Source of the DNA: an uncultured Nitrospiraceae bacterium
Lineage (GTDB): Bacteria; Nitrospirota; Thermodesulfovibrionia; Thermodesulfovibrionales; SM23-35
Assembly: GCA_964404225.1 (NCBI GenBank)
Contig: CAYOJI010000002.1
Location: 1-58,481, forward strand
Direction of reading: 5' to 3'
Length of the DNA: 58,481 nt
The translations under genes and the position numbers were made by a program. Within the stretch, counting starts at the first letter, position 1. Every line of letters starts with the position of its first letter. The notes under the pieces are model-generated. The model was not told the origin of the DNA and searched no databases. It saw only the letters and a program-made list of their open reading frames with translations. Shown here piece by piece: positions 45,215-54,434 of the stretch.

Positions 45215-46722
45215 AAATCGATAGTGACTGGAATTCGTCCCTTACACTCTAATAGACCTTTTAAGTATTTTATTACGGCATATTGAGCCTGCTCTGTTGA
45301 GTCATATGCAGCGATCAGAGAATCGGCTTCTTTGAAACAGCTTAAAATGTAGGGACTTCCAAAAGATATAATGACCGATTTTTTTGTTTTTTTAATAAGT
45401 TCTCTAATTTTATTTCCTAAATTTTCATCAATACCTGAAGTCCCTTTCCATGCTTTAACAGAAGTGAAGATACAAAATATCCCAATTTTATAAGATTCTA
45501 TTATTTTATTATTTTTAATTATCGGCTTAAGACTCTTTGAGATAGGGGAAATTATATAAATATTTTTAAAATAGTTTTTAAAAGGGGTAGATTTAAATAT
45601 TTCATCATCACCAGCAAGAAAAACAAAGACATCTTCCTTTTTTTGGATTGGTAATAAATCCTCTGCTTTTTTTAAGATAGTTATTGACATTTCGGTAATC
45701 TTCGATGAAAGTTTGTTATGTTTCTGAAAATCTATAATCTGTCTTCTAAGTTTTTTAATCTTTTCCTTTGCTTTTAAAATCCTTGATAATGATTCATCTA
45801 TTCGTTTTTCAGTAATTTCCTTTGTTTTAAGAGCTGTTAAGAGTTCTTTAACCACTATTTCCGGGTTAACTGGATAGAGCAATATATCAACTCCTGCATT
45901 TATACATTGCGAATATATGTTATTGAAGCTTTTTAAAGCATCCATAATCAAGGCGTCTGAAATTATAAGGCCATCGAATCCCATCTTATTCCTTAAAAGA
46001 GAAGTAATTATATTTTTTGATAAAGAAGCAGGTTTATCATCAATAGCAGGGATACTAAGATGTCCTATCATAATGCCACTAACACCTACTTTAATAGCAT
46101 TTTTAAATGGCAAAAGGTCGCATTTTAATAAATCCTCGTAGGATTTATCGATAATTGGTAATGAAATGTGTGAATCTACCGATGTATCACCGTGACCCGG
46201 AAAGTGTTTTGCACAACTTATTAAATTAGCATTCTCGATGATTTTAATATACCTTGCCCCAAACCATGATACTACCCTGGGATTATCAGAGAATGCTCGA
46301 GTGCAGATGATAGGATTTTCGGGATTTTTATTTACATCAAGGACAGGTATAAGTGGCATATTGATACCAACATCTATGGCTTCAGCGACAATTGCATGAA
46401 TTAGGTTATCAAGAAATTTAATATCATTACGATTGTTTTGTCTGATTGCTGCACAAACAGCCATCTGAGAAGGGAAGACTGTGCAATTTTGTATCTGGTG
46501 TCCAACGCCGCATTCGATATCAGAAGCTATAAAGAGTGGTATTTCTGAAAGGATCTGCATCCTGTTTATGAATTTTTTTAGATTGTTTTTTCTCCCACCG
46601 AATACAATAAAACCACCGATGCCCTCTCCAATAAGTTTAAAGATTTTTTTCTGATAAGATTTATGATTGATAGCTTCTCCGTTTAGTCTTGTAATAATAA
46701 GTTGATATAATTTTTTTGTCAT
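45211..46722 (-). CDS. nagZ: Glycoside hydrolase family 3 beta-N-acetylhexosaminidase (NagZ-like) with an extra C-terminal domain
   Basis: KHFPGHGDTSVDSH and ISDAL motifs of GH3 NagZ, plus roughly 170 additional C-terminal residues. Confidence 0.8.
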   Translation of the reverse strand: MTKKLYQLIITRLNGEAINHKSYQKKIFKLIGEGIGGFIVFGGRKNNLKKFINRMQILSEIPLFIASDIECGVGHQIQNCTVFPSQMAVCAAIRQNNRNDIKFLDNLIHAIVAEAIDVGINMPLIPVLDVNKNPENPIICTRAFSDNPRVVSWFGARYIKIIENANLISCAKHFPGHGDTSVDSHISLPIIDKSYEDLLKCDLLPFKNAIKVGVSGIMIGHLSIPAIDDKPASLSKNIITSLLRNKMGFDGLIISDALIMDALKSFNNIYSQCINAGVDILLYPVNPEIVVKELLTALKTKEITEKRIDESLSRILKAKEKIKKLRRQIIDFQKHNKLSSKITEMSITILKKAEDLLPIQKKEDVFVFLAGDDEIFKSTPFKNYFKNIYIISPISKSLKPIIKNNKIIESYKIGIFCIFTSVKAWKGTSGIDENLGNKIRELIKKTKKSVIISFGSPYILSCFKEADSLIAAYDSTEQAQYAVIKYLKGLLECKGRIPVTIDL

Positions 46723-46773
46723 AAAGAAAGTTTATCAGACTGATTAATTATTAACAACATATTACAATAAGGA

Positions 46774-47021
46774 GTAAGTAGCAAAACGTTAGGGGGTATG
46801 TCTCTTGAGCGGACATTGTGAAATTTTTGAGGTTACCCATCTTGGCGAAGGGTAGCGTCCCCGAAGGGCCGAATCTTTACTGTCTGAGGCCTTTTGAGGC
46901 CGAGTTTAAAGATTCGAGCGAACCGAGACATTAGAATGGGTCAAAAATTTCACCCAGGGAGCGAAAGGGACATGCCCCCTAATTTGGCTTTTTAATATCC
47001 CCCTAAAGATTTGCTACTTCC
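46774..47021 (+). mobile_element. 248-bp GC-rich, rod-like self-complementary element with TIRs and a 9-bp flanking direct repeat (MITE-like; alternatively a 6S-like ncRNA)
   Basis: TIR is GTAAGTAGCAAA / TTTGCTACTTCC. The flanking direct repeat CAATAAGGA occurs at 46765-73 and 47022-30. Nested helices are 46789-802/46969-82, 46818-30/46941-53 and 46870-79/46907-16. A U-G pair in helix 2 favours the plus strand if the element is transcribed. Confidence 0.55.
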
Positions 47022-47066
47022 CAATAAGGATGGTTTGAAATTGATAAAATTGTAGTTGCAATTTAT

Positions 47067-47090
47067 ATAATTCAAGATATAATTCAAGAT
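47067..47090 (+). repeat. Tandem 12-nt duplication overlapping the promoter of the response regulator-GGDEF gene
   Basis: ATAATTCAAGAT occurs twice (47067-78, 47079-90) followed by a partial ATAG. TTGCAA (47056-61), 16 nt, TATAAT (47078-83). Confidence 0.7.
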
Positions 47091-47151
47091 ATAGACTTAA
47101 TGCATTCTGTTTCGAACAAGTTAAAGACCTTTACAAATAGAAGGACGACAG

Positions 47152-48084
47152 ATGTCTAAGGCTAAAATTCTGCTTGTAGAAGATGATAAGCTTCAGGCAA
47201 AGTTTACAAAAGAATATCTTGAGTCTATTGGATATGAAGTGGTGTGGGTTGATGAGGGTAAATTAGCTATCAAAGCTGTAAAGACCCAACCTATAGACTT
47301 AATATTACTTGATCGTATATTGCCTGATATGGATGGTAACGAAGTTTGTAGATGGTTAAAACTTAATCAAGATACGAAGGGTATCCCAGTAATTATGTTA
47401 ACAGTTAAAAAAAGCACCAGTGAAAAAATAGAAGGGTTTGAAGCAGGTGCTGATGATTATCTCCCAAAACCCTACAATAAAACAGAGCTTAATGCAAGGA
47501 TATATGCTGCCTTGAGAACAAAGGCATTACAAGACGAATTAAGAGAAAAAAACAGACAATTAGAAGAGGTGCTTTCAAAAGTCGAAATCCTTGCAATTAC
47601 TGATCCCCTAACAGAGCTTTATAATAGAAGACATTTTGAATCTCTTATTGAAAAGGAATTTAACAAAACCATTAGATATAAAAAACCAACCTCATGTGTT
47701 TTGATTGATATAGACTACTTCAAAAGTATAAATGATGAATATGGACACCGAAAAGGAGACCAGGTTCTTAAAGAAATAGCAACAGTGATTAAAAATTGTG
47801 TCAGAAAGGTTGATACTGTAGCAAGATGGGGTGGTGAAGAGTTTATAATATTGCTTCCAGAAACAAATGAGGAGCAGGCTATTAAAGCAGCAGAAAGGAT
47901 AATCGATACAATCCGGAGGCATGAATTTTCAGGCATCAATAAAAAAATTACAGTAAGTATCGGAATTGCGAGTGTGCCTAATATTAGGGTAGAAAGTGCC
48001 GAAAAGCTTATAGATGCCTGTGACGATGCCTTATATGAAGCTAAACGAAAAGGACGTGACAGAATAGAAATTGCAACAAAATAA
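47152..48084 (+). CDS. Response regulator-diguanylate cyclase (REC + GGDEF, PleD-like)
   Basis: REC (DLILLDRILPDMDG), GGEEF active site (RWGGEEF) and an RxxD I-site (RKVD) five residues upstream. Confidence 0.9.
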   Translation: MSKAKILLVEDDKLQAKFTKEYLESIGYEVVWVDEGKLAIKAVKTQPIDLILLDRILPDMDGNEVCRWLKLNQDTKGIPVIMLTVKKSTSEKIEGFEAGADDYLPKPYNKTELNARIYAALRTKALQDELREKNRQLEEVLSKVEILAITDPLTELYNRRHFESLIEKEFNKTIRYKKPTSCVLIDIDYFKSINDEYGHRKGDQVLKEIATVIKNCVRKVDTVARWGGEEFIILLPETNEEQAIKAAERIIDTIRRHEFSGINKKITVSIGIASVPNIRVESAEKLIDACDDALYEAKRKGRDRIEIATK

Positions 48085-48136
48085 ATTTTAGCAAACGATA
48101 TTTTTATCTATTTTTATTTACAAAATTTATATATAT

Positions 48137-48796
48137 GTGCTATCTTTAGCTATGTGGTCAGTCCTTAATGAAAATCCAACGAGAGAGAAAATTATATTAC
48201 TTCTTAAAAGAAAAGGCCCCTTGTCTATTGAAGATCTCAGTCGAGAACTAAATATAACCTCAATGGGAATCAGACAGCATCTGTTATCTTTAGAAAAGAG
48301 GGGGCTAATAGGTTATATAACAAAAAGACAGGGTATAGGCAGACCCGCATTTCTTTACAATCTAACCAATAAGGCGGAGGAGCTTTTTCCTAAAGCATAT
48401 GATAATTTTATCATTAATGTTTTTAAGGATATAGAAAGAAACGAAGGTCATGATAAAATAGAAAATATTTTCAAGTGGCGTAAAAATAGATTGGTTAAAG
48501 ATATAAGGGAATCTTTATCTGATAAAAATACCTTCCACGAAAAAATTATTGGATTTAAAGATTTACTTTCCTCAAAAGGATATTTTGTAGAACTTTCTGA
48601 AGACAATAATAATTACATCTTAAAACAATTCAATTGTCCTATTTATAAATTAGCTAAGGAATTTAGGGATGCTTGCCGTTATGAGTTACAAATGTATAAA
48701 GAGCTATTTGGGAAGGATGTAACAAGAGAAGAATGTTTAGCTGACGGAAATTTCTCTTGTACATACACGATCCCTAAATATTTATCAAAAAGCTAA
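48137..48796 (+). CDS. ArsR/DeoR-like HTH regulator with a C-terminal Cys cluster (SufR-like)
   Basis: Winged HTH (REKIILLLKRKGPLSIEDLSRELNITSMGIRQHL) and a C-terminal C...C...C...C pattern. The start may be ATG 48152. Confidence 0.6.
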   Translation: MLSLAMWSVLNENPTREKIILLLKRKGPLSIEDLSRELNITSMGIRQHLLSLEKRGLIGYITKRQGIGRPAFLYNLTNKAEELFPKAYDNFIINVFKDIERNEGHDKIENIFKWRKNRLVKDIRESLSDKNTFHEKIIGFKDLLSSKGYFVELSEDNNNYILKQFNCPIYKLAKEFRDACRYELQMYKELFGKDVTREECLADGNFSCTYTIPKYLSKS

Positions 48797-48851
48797 ATAA
48801 GAATTACCTGCCTATATAAGGAAACATCTAAAATTTAGGCTTACTGTGGTT

Positions 48852-48892
48852 TTTGGGGAGATGTCCTTTCACTCCCTGAACGAAAATTTTGG
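48852..48892 (-). repeat. Degenerate partial copy of the 46774..47021 element, inverted orientation
   Basis: TTTGGGGAGATGTCCTTTCACTCCCTGAACGAAAATTTTGG aligns by hand to the reverse complement of 46941..46982 at 32 of 42 positions. Confidence 0.5.
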
Positions 48893-48916
48893 ATGCTTAC
48901 GCATATGTACTATAAT

Positions 48917-48945
48917 TTGACGGAAATCACTAAAAATTTTATTAT
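48917..48945 (+). promoter_or_regulatory. sigma-70-type promoter placed for a leaderless tyrS mRNA
   Basis: TTGACG (48917-22), 17 nt, TATTAT (48940-45), then 8 nt to the ATG at 48954, with no SD. An alternative TATAAT lies at 48911-16. Confidence 0.4.
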
Positions 48946-48953
48946 AAGCATCT

Positions 48954-50195
48954 ATGTTAAAGCCTGAAAAACAACTTGAGATAATAAAAAGGGGTGTTGT
49001 TGAGATAATAACAGAGGAAGAACTCCTCAGGAAACTCGAGTCATCTTATAGAAAAGGTAAGCCTCTTAGAATAAAGGCAGGATTTGATCCAACAGCACCA
49101 GATATTCATCTGGGGCATACAGTGCTTCTTGAAAAAATGAGGCAGTTTCAGGAATTAGGGCATGAAGTAATCTTTCTTATAGGGGATTTTACAGGGATGA
49201 TAGGAGACCCAAGTGGTAAGAGCGAGATGCGTAAGCCTCTTACAAAAGAAGAAGTTTTACAGAATGCAAAGACCTATCGTGAACAAATATTTAAGATACT
49301 TGATTCCGAAAAGACAAAGGTAGTTTTTAATTCTGAATGGATGGCTAAACTTACCTCAGAGGACATAATTCGTCTTGCCAGTAAATATACTGTTGCGAGA
49401 ATGCTCGAGAGAGAAGATTTCAAACAAAGATGGTTAAACCAGAATCCTATCAGTATTCATGAGTTTCTATATCCACTTATTCAGGGATATGATTCTGTAA
49501 TTTTAAGGGCAGATGTAGAACTTGGTGGCACTGACCAGAAATTTAATCTTATCGTGGGAAGGGATTTACAGAGGGAATATGGTCAAGAACCGCAGTGTCT
49601 TGTTCTAATGCCCTTGCTTGAAGGAATAGACGGAATCAAAAAGATGAGCAAGAGTCTTGGCAATTATATTGGGATTACAGAATCTCCAAAAGAGATGTTT
49701 GGTAAGTTAATGTCTATATCTGATGAACTAATGCTTAAATATTATGAATTGCTTAGTCACATTACATTTGAAGAACTTAATTCTATTAAGGAAGGGTTAG
49801 AAAAAGGGTTGTTGCACCCGAAATATGTAAAGGAAAAACTTGCATTAGAGATTGTTGAAAGATACTGGGGAAAAGAAGCTGCAATCAAAGCAAAAGATGA
49901 ATTTGAACATGTATTTAAAGAAAAGGGAATTCCTGAAGATATTGCTACTGTATATTTAAGATTATCATTCATAGAGGGCGAGGGTTTTGCCAGGTCAAAT
50001 ATCAATTGGTTACCGCAGATTATGAAGGATAGTGGTTTAACAAAAAGCACGAGTGAGGCTATAAGGCTAATTAAACAAGGTGGGGTTAAGTTAAACGATA
50101 AACCAGTAACAGATCCCGAGACTACATTAAAAGAAAAAGGAGAATATATAATTAAAGTAGGAAAAAGGAGATTTTATAAGGTAATAGTAGAATAA
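48954..50195 (+). CDS. tyrS: Tyrosyl-tRNA synthetase
   Basis: HLGH (DIHLGH) and KMSKS motifs, plus a C-terminal S4-like domain. Confidence 0.95.
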   Translation: MLKPEKQLEIIKRGVVEIITEEELLRKLESSYRKGKPLRIKAGFDPTAPDIHLGHTVLLEKMRQFQELGHEVIFLIGDFTGMIGDPSGKSEMRKPLTKEEVLQNAKTYREQIFKILDSEKTKVVFNSEWMAKLTSEDIIRLASKYTVARMLEREDFKQRWLNQNPISIHEFLYPLIQGYDSVILRADVELGGTDQKFNLIVGRDLQREYGQEPQCLVLMPLLEGIDGIKKMSKSLGNYIGITESPKEMFGKLMSISDELMLKYYELLSHITFEELNSIKEGLEKGLLHPKYVKEKLALEIVERYWGKEAAIKAKDEFEHVFKEKGIPEDIATVYLRLSFIEGEGFARSNINWLPQIMKDSGLTKSTSEAIRLIKQGGVKLNDKPVTDPETTLKEKGEYIIKVGKRRFYKVIVE

Positions 50196-50219
50196 ACTCT
50201 ACCAATATCTAAGCTAATT

Positions 50220-52052
50220 CTATTCTCCTGAATATAAAGGAATGAGGGCACGGAATATTGTAGAGTCATCATCTGTAAAGACCTCGAGCTTGCCGTGGAT
50301 TGATTGTATAAATCTGTAGATAATATTTAAGCCTCTTCCTTTAACCTCACCCGTTCTAATCTGTTCTATGTTTTCTTCGGGTATCTTCCCTGTATTTCGT
50401 ATTTCAAAGCAAGCCATATCTCCATCTTTATAACTCTTAATCGATAATACTCCCCCGTCTTCGGGTATAGCCTTAGTAGCGTTGTCGAGAAGATTATCTA
50501 AAGCCCTTTCAAGTCCAAATGGTGAACAATATATAAAAAGATTAGGTTCGAGATGATCTTCAACTAATTTGACATTGGTCTTTTTCATTTCCCTTATAGC
50601 TTCTTCGTTGATCTTGAAACGGTTTTTGAGGACTTCTGTAAGATCTACAACACGTTCACGCCCTTCTATATTTGGATAAATTGCAAGCTCCTGCATACGA
50701 ATAGTTTCTTTTACAATGATATCAAGGTATTCGATTATTTTATCCTTTACATTTTCTAAGTCCCCTCTTTCAAGAAGTTTTTTTGCCCTTTTCGCAAAAC
50801 CAGTAATAGCGATACCCGGATTTTTAAAGTCATGCAAGACATCATCAAGTTTTTCAATTCTTAGTGCCTTCATTATTTCTTTACCGAAGAATGTTAGTAA
50901 TTCGATCTCGTTTTCTGTAAAAGACTGACGCCTGTCAATTGCATAAAAAACTAAGAAATAGTTGGTCTCTTCTCTTGCCTTCAAGGGTATCAGGAGAACC
51001 GAATTAACATTATATTTAGTAGCATATTTTTTTAATTCATCATTCGATAATTTACTTTTTAAGGGGTCTTTAATAAGAATGTAGGACGGGTTGATTATCT
51101 CGTATTCATAATCACCTACTTTTTCGGTTTGGTTAATTAACGCATTGATATAAGGATGATCTTTAATTTCATAGATACAACTGATTTCATGGCTTTCTTG
51201 TCCAATTGGATATTCTAATTCAGTCTTGAAGCGTTTTCGATCGGGTGAAACCGAAAAAAGTGAACAACTCTGAATCAGCAAAATATCAGCCAATTCGGGG
51301 ATCATCATTTTAAAAACATCTTTCATTTTTATTCCTTCACGATGGCTTAATTTTATAAATATCTTTTCTACAATCTTTTCTTTTTGCTCGTTTAGTTTTT
51401 GTAAATCTAAAATGCGCTTTCTTGCCAGCGCGTAACTGATCCTTCTTGCTAACATTTCTGCATTGGATACTTCGAGGGGATTAAATTTCTTATCTATTTC
51501 TTTGTAATAAATCTGGATGGTTCCTTGTATATCTGGATAATTCTTAAGAAAGCTTGGAATATTTATAGGAATTGCCATTAAGGAATTAAACCCATATTCT
51601 TTTACAATATCCTTATTAGTATAATCAGGTTCTAAGAGTATGTTAGGTACGAGATAGCTTTTACCACTTTTTATTACTTTTCCAGCAACAGATTTATCCG
51701 CAGGAATACTTTGTAATCTTTTAGTTTCTGAATATTGATAAGAGCCGAAGGCAACAAGTTTATCTGTCTCGGGGTCAAAAATCCTAATAGAAGCTGCGTC
51801 TGCTTTAAGGAATTCAACGATCTTTTTTGTGGCGGTTTCGAGTATTTCTTTCCAATCAAGGGTTGGATCTATACTCAGAACATCCTCAATAGCCTTTATT
51901 ATCTCTTCTATCTGTTCGGATATCCTCTCTCCTAGAAATTCGGCAAGCTCGACAATCTCTTGTTCTGACAAATTACATTTACAAAGTATTTGATTAGATC
52001 TAAGATAGTTCACTAATTTGCTTAGCATTTTAGTTAAATTAAAATATATCAA
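50220..52052 (-). CDS. Soluble GAF-domain sensor histidine kinase
   Basis: Two GAF-like regions, an H-box (LHDFKNPG) and HATPase_c N/G boxes (LDNLLDNATKA; RNTG; GRGLNI). No TM segments. Confidence 0.8.
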   Translation of the reverse strand: MIYFNLTKMLSKLVNYLRSNQILCKCNLSEQEIVELAEFLGERISEQIEEIIKAIEDVLSIDPTLDWKEILETATKKIVEFLKADAASIRIFDPETDKLVAFGSYQYSETKRLQSIPADKSVAGKVIKSGKSYLVPNILLEPDYTNKDIVKEYGFNSLMAIPINIPSFLKNYPDIQGTIQIYYKEIDKKFNPLEVSNAEMLARRISYALARKRILDLQKLNEQKEKIVEKIFIKLSHREGIKMKDVFKMMIPELADILLIQSCSLFSVSPDRKRFKTELEYPIGQESHEISCIYEIKDHPYINALINQTEKVGDYEYEIINPSYILIKDPLKSKLSNDELKKYATKYNVNSVLLIPLKAREETNYFLVFYAIDRRQSFTENEIELLTFFGKEIMKALRIEKLDDVLHDFKNPGIAITGFAKRAKKLLERGDLENVKDKIIEYLDIIVKETIRMQELAIYPNIEGRERVVDLTEVLKNRFKINEEAIREMKKTNVKLVEDHLEPNLFIYCSPFGLERALDNLLDNATKAIPEDGGVLSIKSYKDGDMACFEIRNTGKIPEENIEQIRTGEVKGRGLNIIYRFIQSIHGKLEVFTDDDSTIFRALIPLYSGE

Positions 52053-52175
52053 AGAACGGGTTTTTGTTCAACACTACAGGATTAATTTTGAAGATAATTT
52101 TTACATAAGATAAAACTCTATCAATTCTTTTTTAATTCCTAAGTTATGCTAAAATATTAAATCCACAATTAATCA

Positions 52176-53243
52176 ATGAAGATAATACATAAATCTATAT
52201 TAAAAGAATTATTCCTCATGTTTGCCCTTAGCATTATTTCCCTTAATTTTATATTGATGATGGAAAAACTTCTAAAATTGAGTAGGATTCTTTCAGGCGT
52301 TGGTACTTCAATATTCGATATAATGAGGATTATCTTATATATACAACCCCAGTTATTTTTACTCACAATTCCAATGGCGTTTTTATTATCAACCCTTTTT
52401 GTTTATGGACGTCTCAATTTCGATAATGAAATCATTATCTTAAAAAACAGTGGTATGAGTTTTTTGGAAATCTCTTATCCAGCGGTTTTAGTCGGCTTTT
52501 TATGTTTTATCCTTAATATAGCAGTTAGCTTCTATTTAGGACCCAAAAGTAGTATAAAACTTAGGGATGAGATAACAAATATTATAAAGCTTAGAACACC
52601 CCTTGCTATCGAGGAGGGAAGATTTAATACATCCTTTAAAGACATAACTATTTATGTAAAGAAAAGGTTATCTGATAAAAAAGTAAGCGGTATTTTTATA
52701 TACGATAATCGAGATAAAAAAGAACCAAAGGTTTTGACAGCTAAAGAAGGAGAAATGTTTACAGAAGAAGATTTTGATATTAATTTTCTTCTAAAAGATG
52801 GCTACATTAATATAGTTAGAGGCAAGACAACTACCGAGTTATTTTTCAAAAAATACAATATGGTGTTAAGGCTTGAACATTTCAGTACCTCAAGAAAAAA
52901 AGCAGAACTTACACCATTTGAAATTATACAGGAGATTAGAAAAGAGAATAAAAGTAATGCCACGAGTTTATATCTCGAGCTTCATAAAAGACTCTCTTTG
53001 CCTTTATTATGTATTATTTTGATATTTATAGGCCCTCCCCTTGCTCTTATTGGAGGGAAATCTGGAAAATTGGGAGGATTAACATTAGGACTGGCAGTTT
53101 TTACGATTTATTATATGCTTTTACTTTATGGAGAAAATCTTGTAAAAGCTGGTAAATTGTCACATTTTATTGGCGCGTGGAGTCCTTCTATTATATTTGT
53201 TATAATTGCCTTTTTTATATTTAGGAGAGAATTTTCGAAATGA
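52176..53243 (+). CDS. lptF: LPS export ABC permease LptF (YjgP/YjgQ family)
   Basis: Six-TM YjgP/YjgQ architecture with a periplasmic beta-jellyroll insert. Paired with lptG. Confidence 0.85.
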   Translation: MKIIHKSILKELFLMFALSIISLNFILMMEKLLKLSRILSGVGTSIFDIMRIILYIQPQLFLLTIPMAFLLSTLFVYGRLNFDNEIIILKNSGMSFLEISYPAVLVGFLCFILNIAVSFYLGPKSSIKLRDEITNIIKLRTPLAIEEGRFNTSFKDITIYVKKRLSDKKVSGIFIYDNRDKKEPKVLTAKEGEMFTEEDFDINFLLKDGYINIVRGKTTTELFFKKYNMVLRLEHFSTSRKKAELTPFEIIQEIRKENKSNATSLYLELHKRLSLPLLCIILIFIGPPLALIGGKSGKLGGLTLGLAVFTIYYMLLLYGENLVKAGKLSHFIGAWSPSIIFVIIAFFIFRREFSK

Positions 53244-54319
53244 AAATAATTCAGACTTACTATATAAAAGAATTTTTCAAGATTCTTATAGTAATATCCA
53301 TCGGACTTCCTTTTATATTTAGTGTGCTGGATCTTATAGACAAAATAGACGAATTTATATCAGGTAATCCTTCATTTTTAAATTTATCTTTATATATTCT
53401 TTTTAACTTTCCTAAATATCTTTATTACCTTCTACCAATGGCTCTACTTATTTGTAGTTTGTTCGTATTCAGTCAGGCATCGAGAAATAAAGAGCTTATT
53501 GCATTGAAAGCCATGGGTGGCAAATTGAAAAGCTTATTTTATCCATTTATTCTTTTAGGGGTATTGTTTAGTATCTTTGGTTTTTTCATAGGCGAAGTCG
53601 GTGTTCCTGATTTTTCTGAGAGGGCGAGAGAGTTAAAGATTACTCTGGCGAAGAAGCAAAAGGAACTTAATTTTAAAGAAGGCACATTATGGTTTGTAGG
53701 TAAAGACGGTTCGCTTATTAATATGGAGGTCTATATACCTGAAAGAAAAATTGCAGAAAAGATTAGAATTTTTACACTCAAAAATATGAGGCTTGAAAGA
53801 CGAATAGAAGCTGAGAAGGCGGAGTGGGTAATTGATAAGGAGGTAGAAGGTACGTGGAGATTAAAAAATGTAAGTATATACGAGATAGAAAATGGTAAGG
53901 TTAATACAATTACAGAGATGAAATACCCTTTTATCGAATCTCCTAAATTTTTTAGTGAAAGGATTAAAAAGCCTGAAGAAATGGGTATTTTTGAGCTTCA
54001 TAGGTATGCTAAAAAATTAAAAAACTTGGGGATTGAAAATCCGAAACTGAATGTAGATGTGGATTCTAAGATGTCTTATCCTTTTATAAATCTGTTTATG
54101 CTTTTATTAGGAATTTCTTTATCTGTAAGTGGGATGATAGGGGGTAGTTTATTTGCAGCAGGACTTGGTCTATTCATAAGTTTTGTCTATTGGGTTGGAT
54201 ATACATTAATTCTTTCATTGGGATACGCGGGTATACTACCCCCCATATTTTCTGCATGGATTATGCCAGCAATGTTTGGCGCGGGTGCAATTTATTTGTT
54301 TACAAAGATACCTGAATGA
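53240..54319 (+). CDS. lptG: LPS export ABC permease LptG
   Basis: YjgP/YjgQ family. Overlaps the lptF stop. Confidence 0.85.
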   Translation: MKIIQTYYIKEFFKILIVISIGLPFIFSVLDLIDKIDEFISGNPSFLNLSLYILFNFPKYLYYLLPMALLICSLFVFSQASRNKELIALKAMGGKLKSLFYPFILLGVLFSIFGFFIGEVGVPDFSERARELKITLAKKQKELNFKEGTLWFVGKDGSLINMEVYIPERKIAEKIRIFTLKNMRLERRIEAEKAEWVIDKEVEGTWRLKNVSIYEIENGKVNTITEMKYPFIESPKFFSERIKKPEEMGIFELHRYAKKLKNLGIENPKLNVDVDSKMSYPFINLFMLLLGISLSVSGMIGGSLFAAGLGLFISFVYWVGYTLILSLGYAGILPPIFSAWIMPAMFGAGAIYLFTKIPE

Positions 54320-54434
54320 ACAAAACACTTTATTTGTCGAGAGTGAATGAATTTAGTAAGTAAATTTTGATCAATGTTCCTATAGTGGAGACCAATTAGA
54401 GAACATGTAATTTTTTAAAAAGGAAAAGGTTTAG

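Noticed and set aside
46774-47021. Group II or spliceosomal-like intron (the element begins GTAAGT), a retron msr/msd, or a hammerhead-type ribozyme.
   Set aside because: There is no domain V-like hairpin, no GUGYG 5' end and no adjacent reverse transcriptase. The CUGA...GAAA spacing does not fit a hammerhead core. The TIR-plus-direct-repeat and rod-like fold explanations are simpler.
48797-48953. T-box leaders upstream of tyrS, and likewise upstream of thrS (32586..32710) and pheS.
   Set aside because: No T-box consensus (AGGGTGGNACCGCG-like), specifier-loop architecture or terminator/antiterminator pair is visible, and the spacers are short (125-160 nt).
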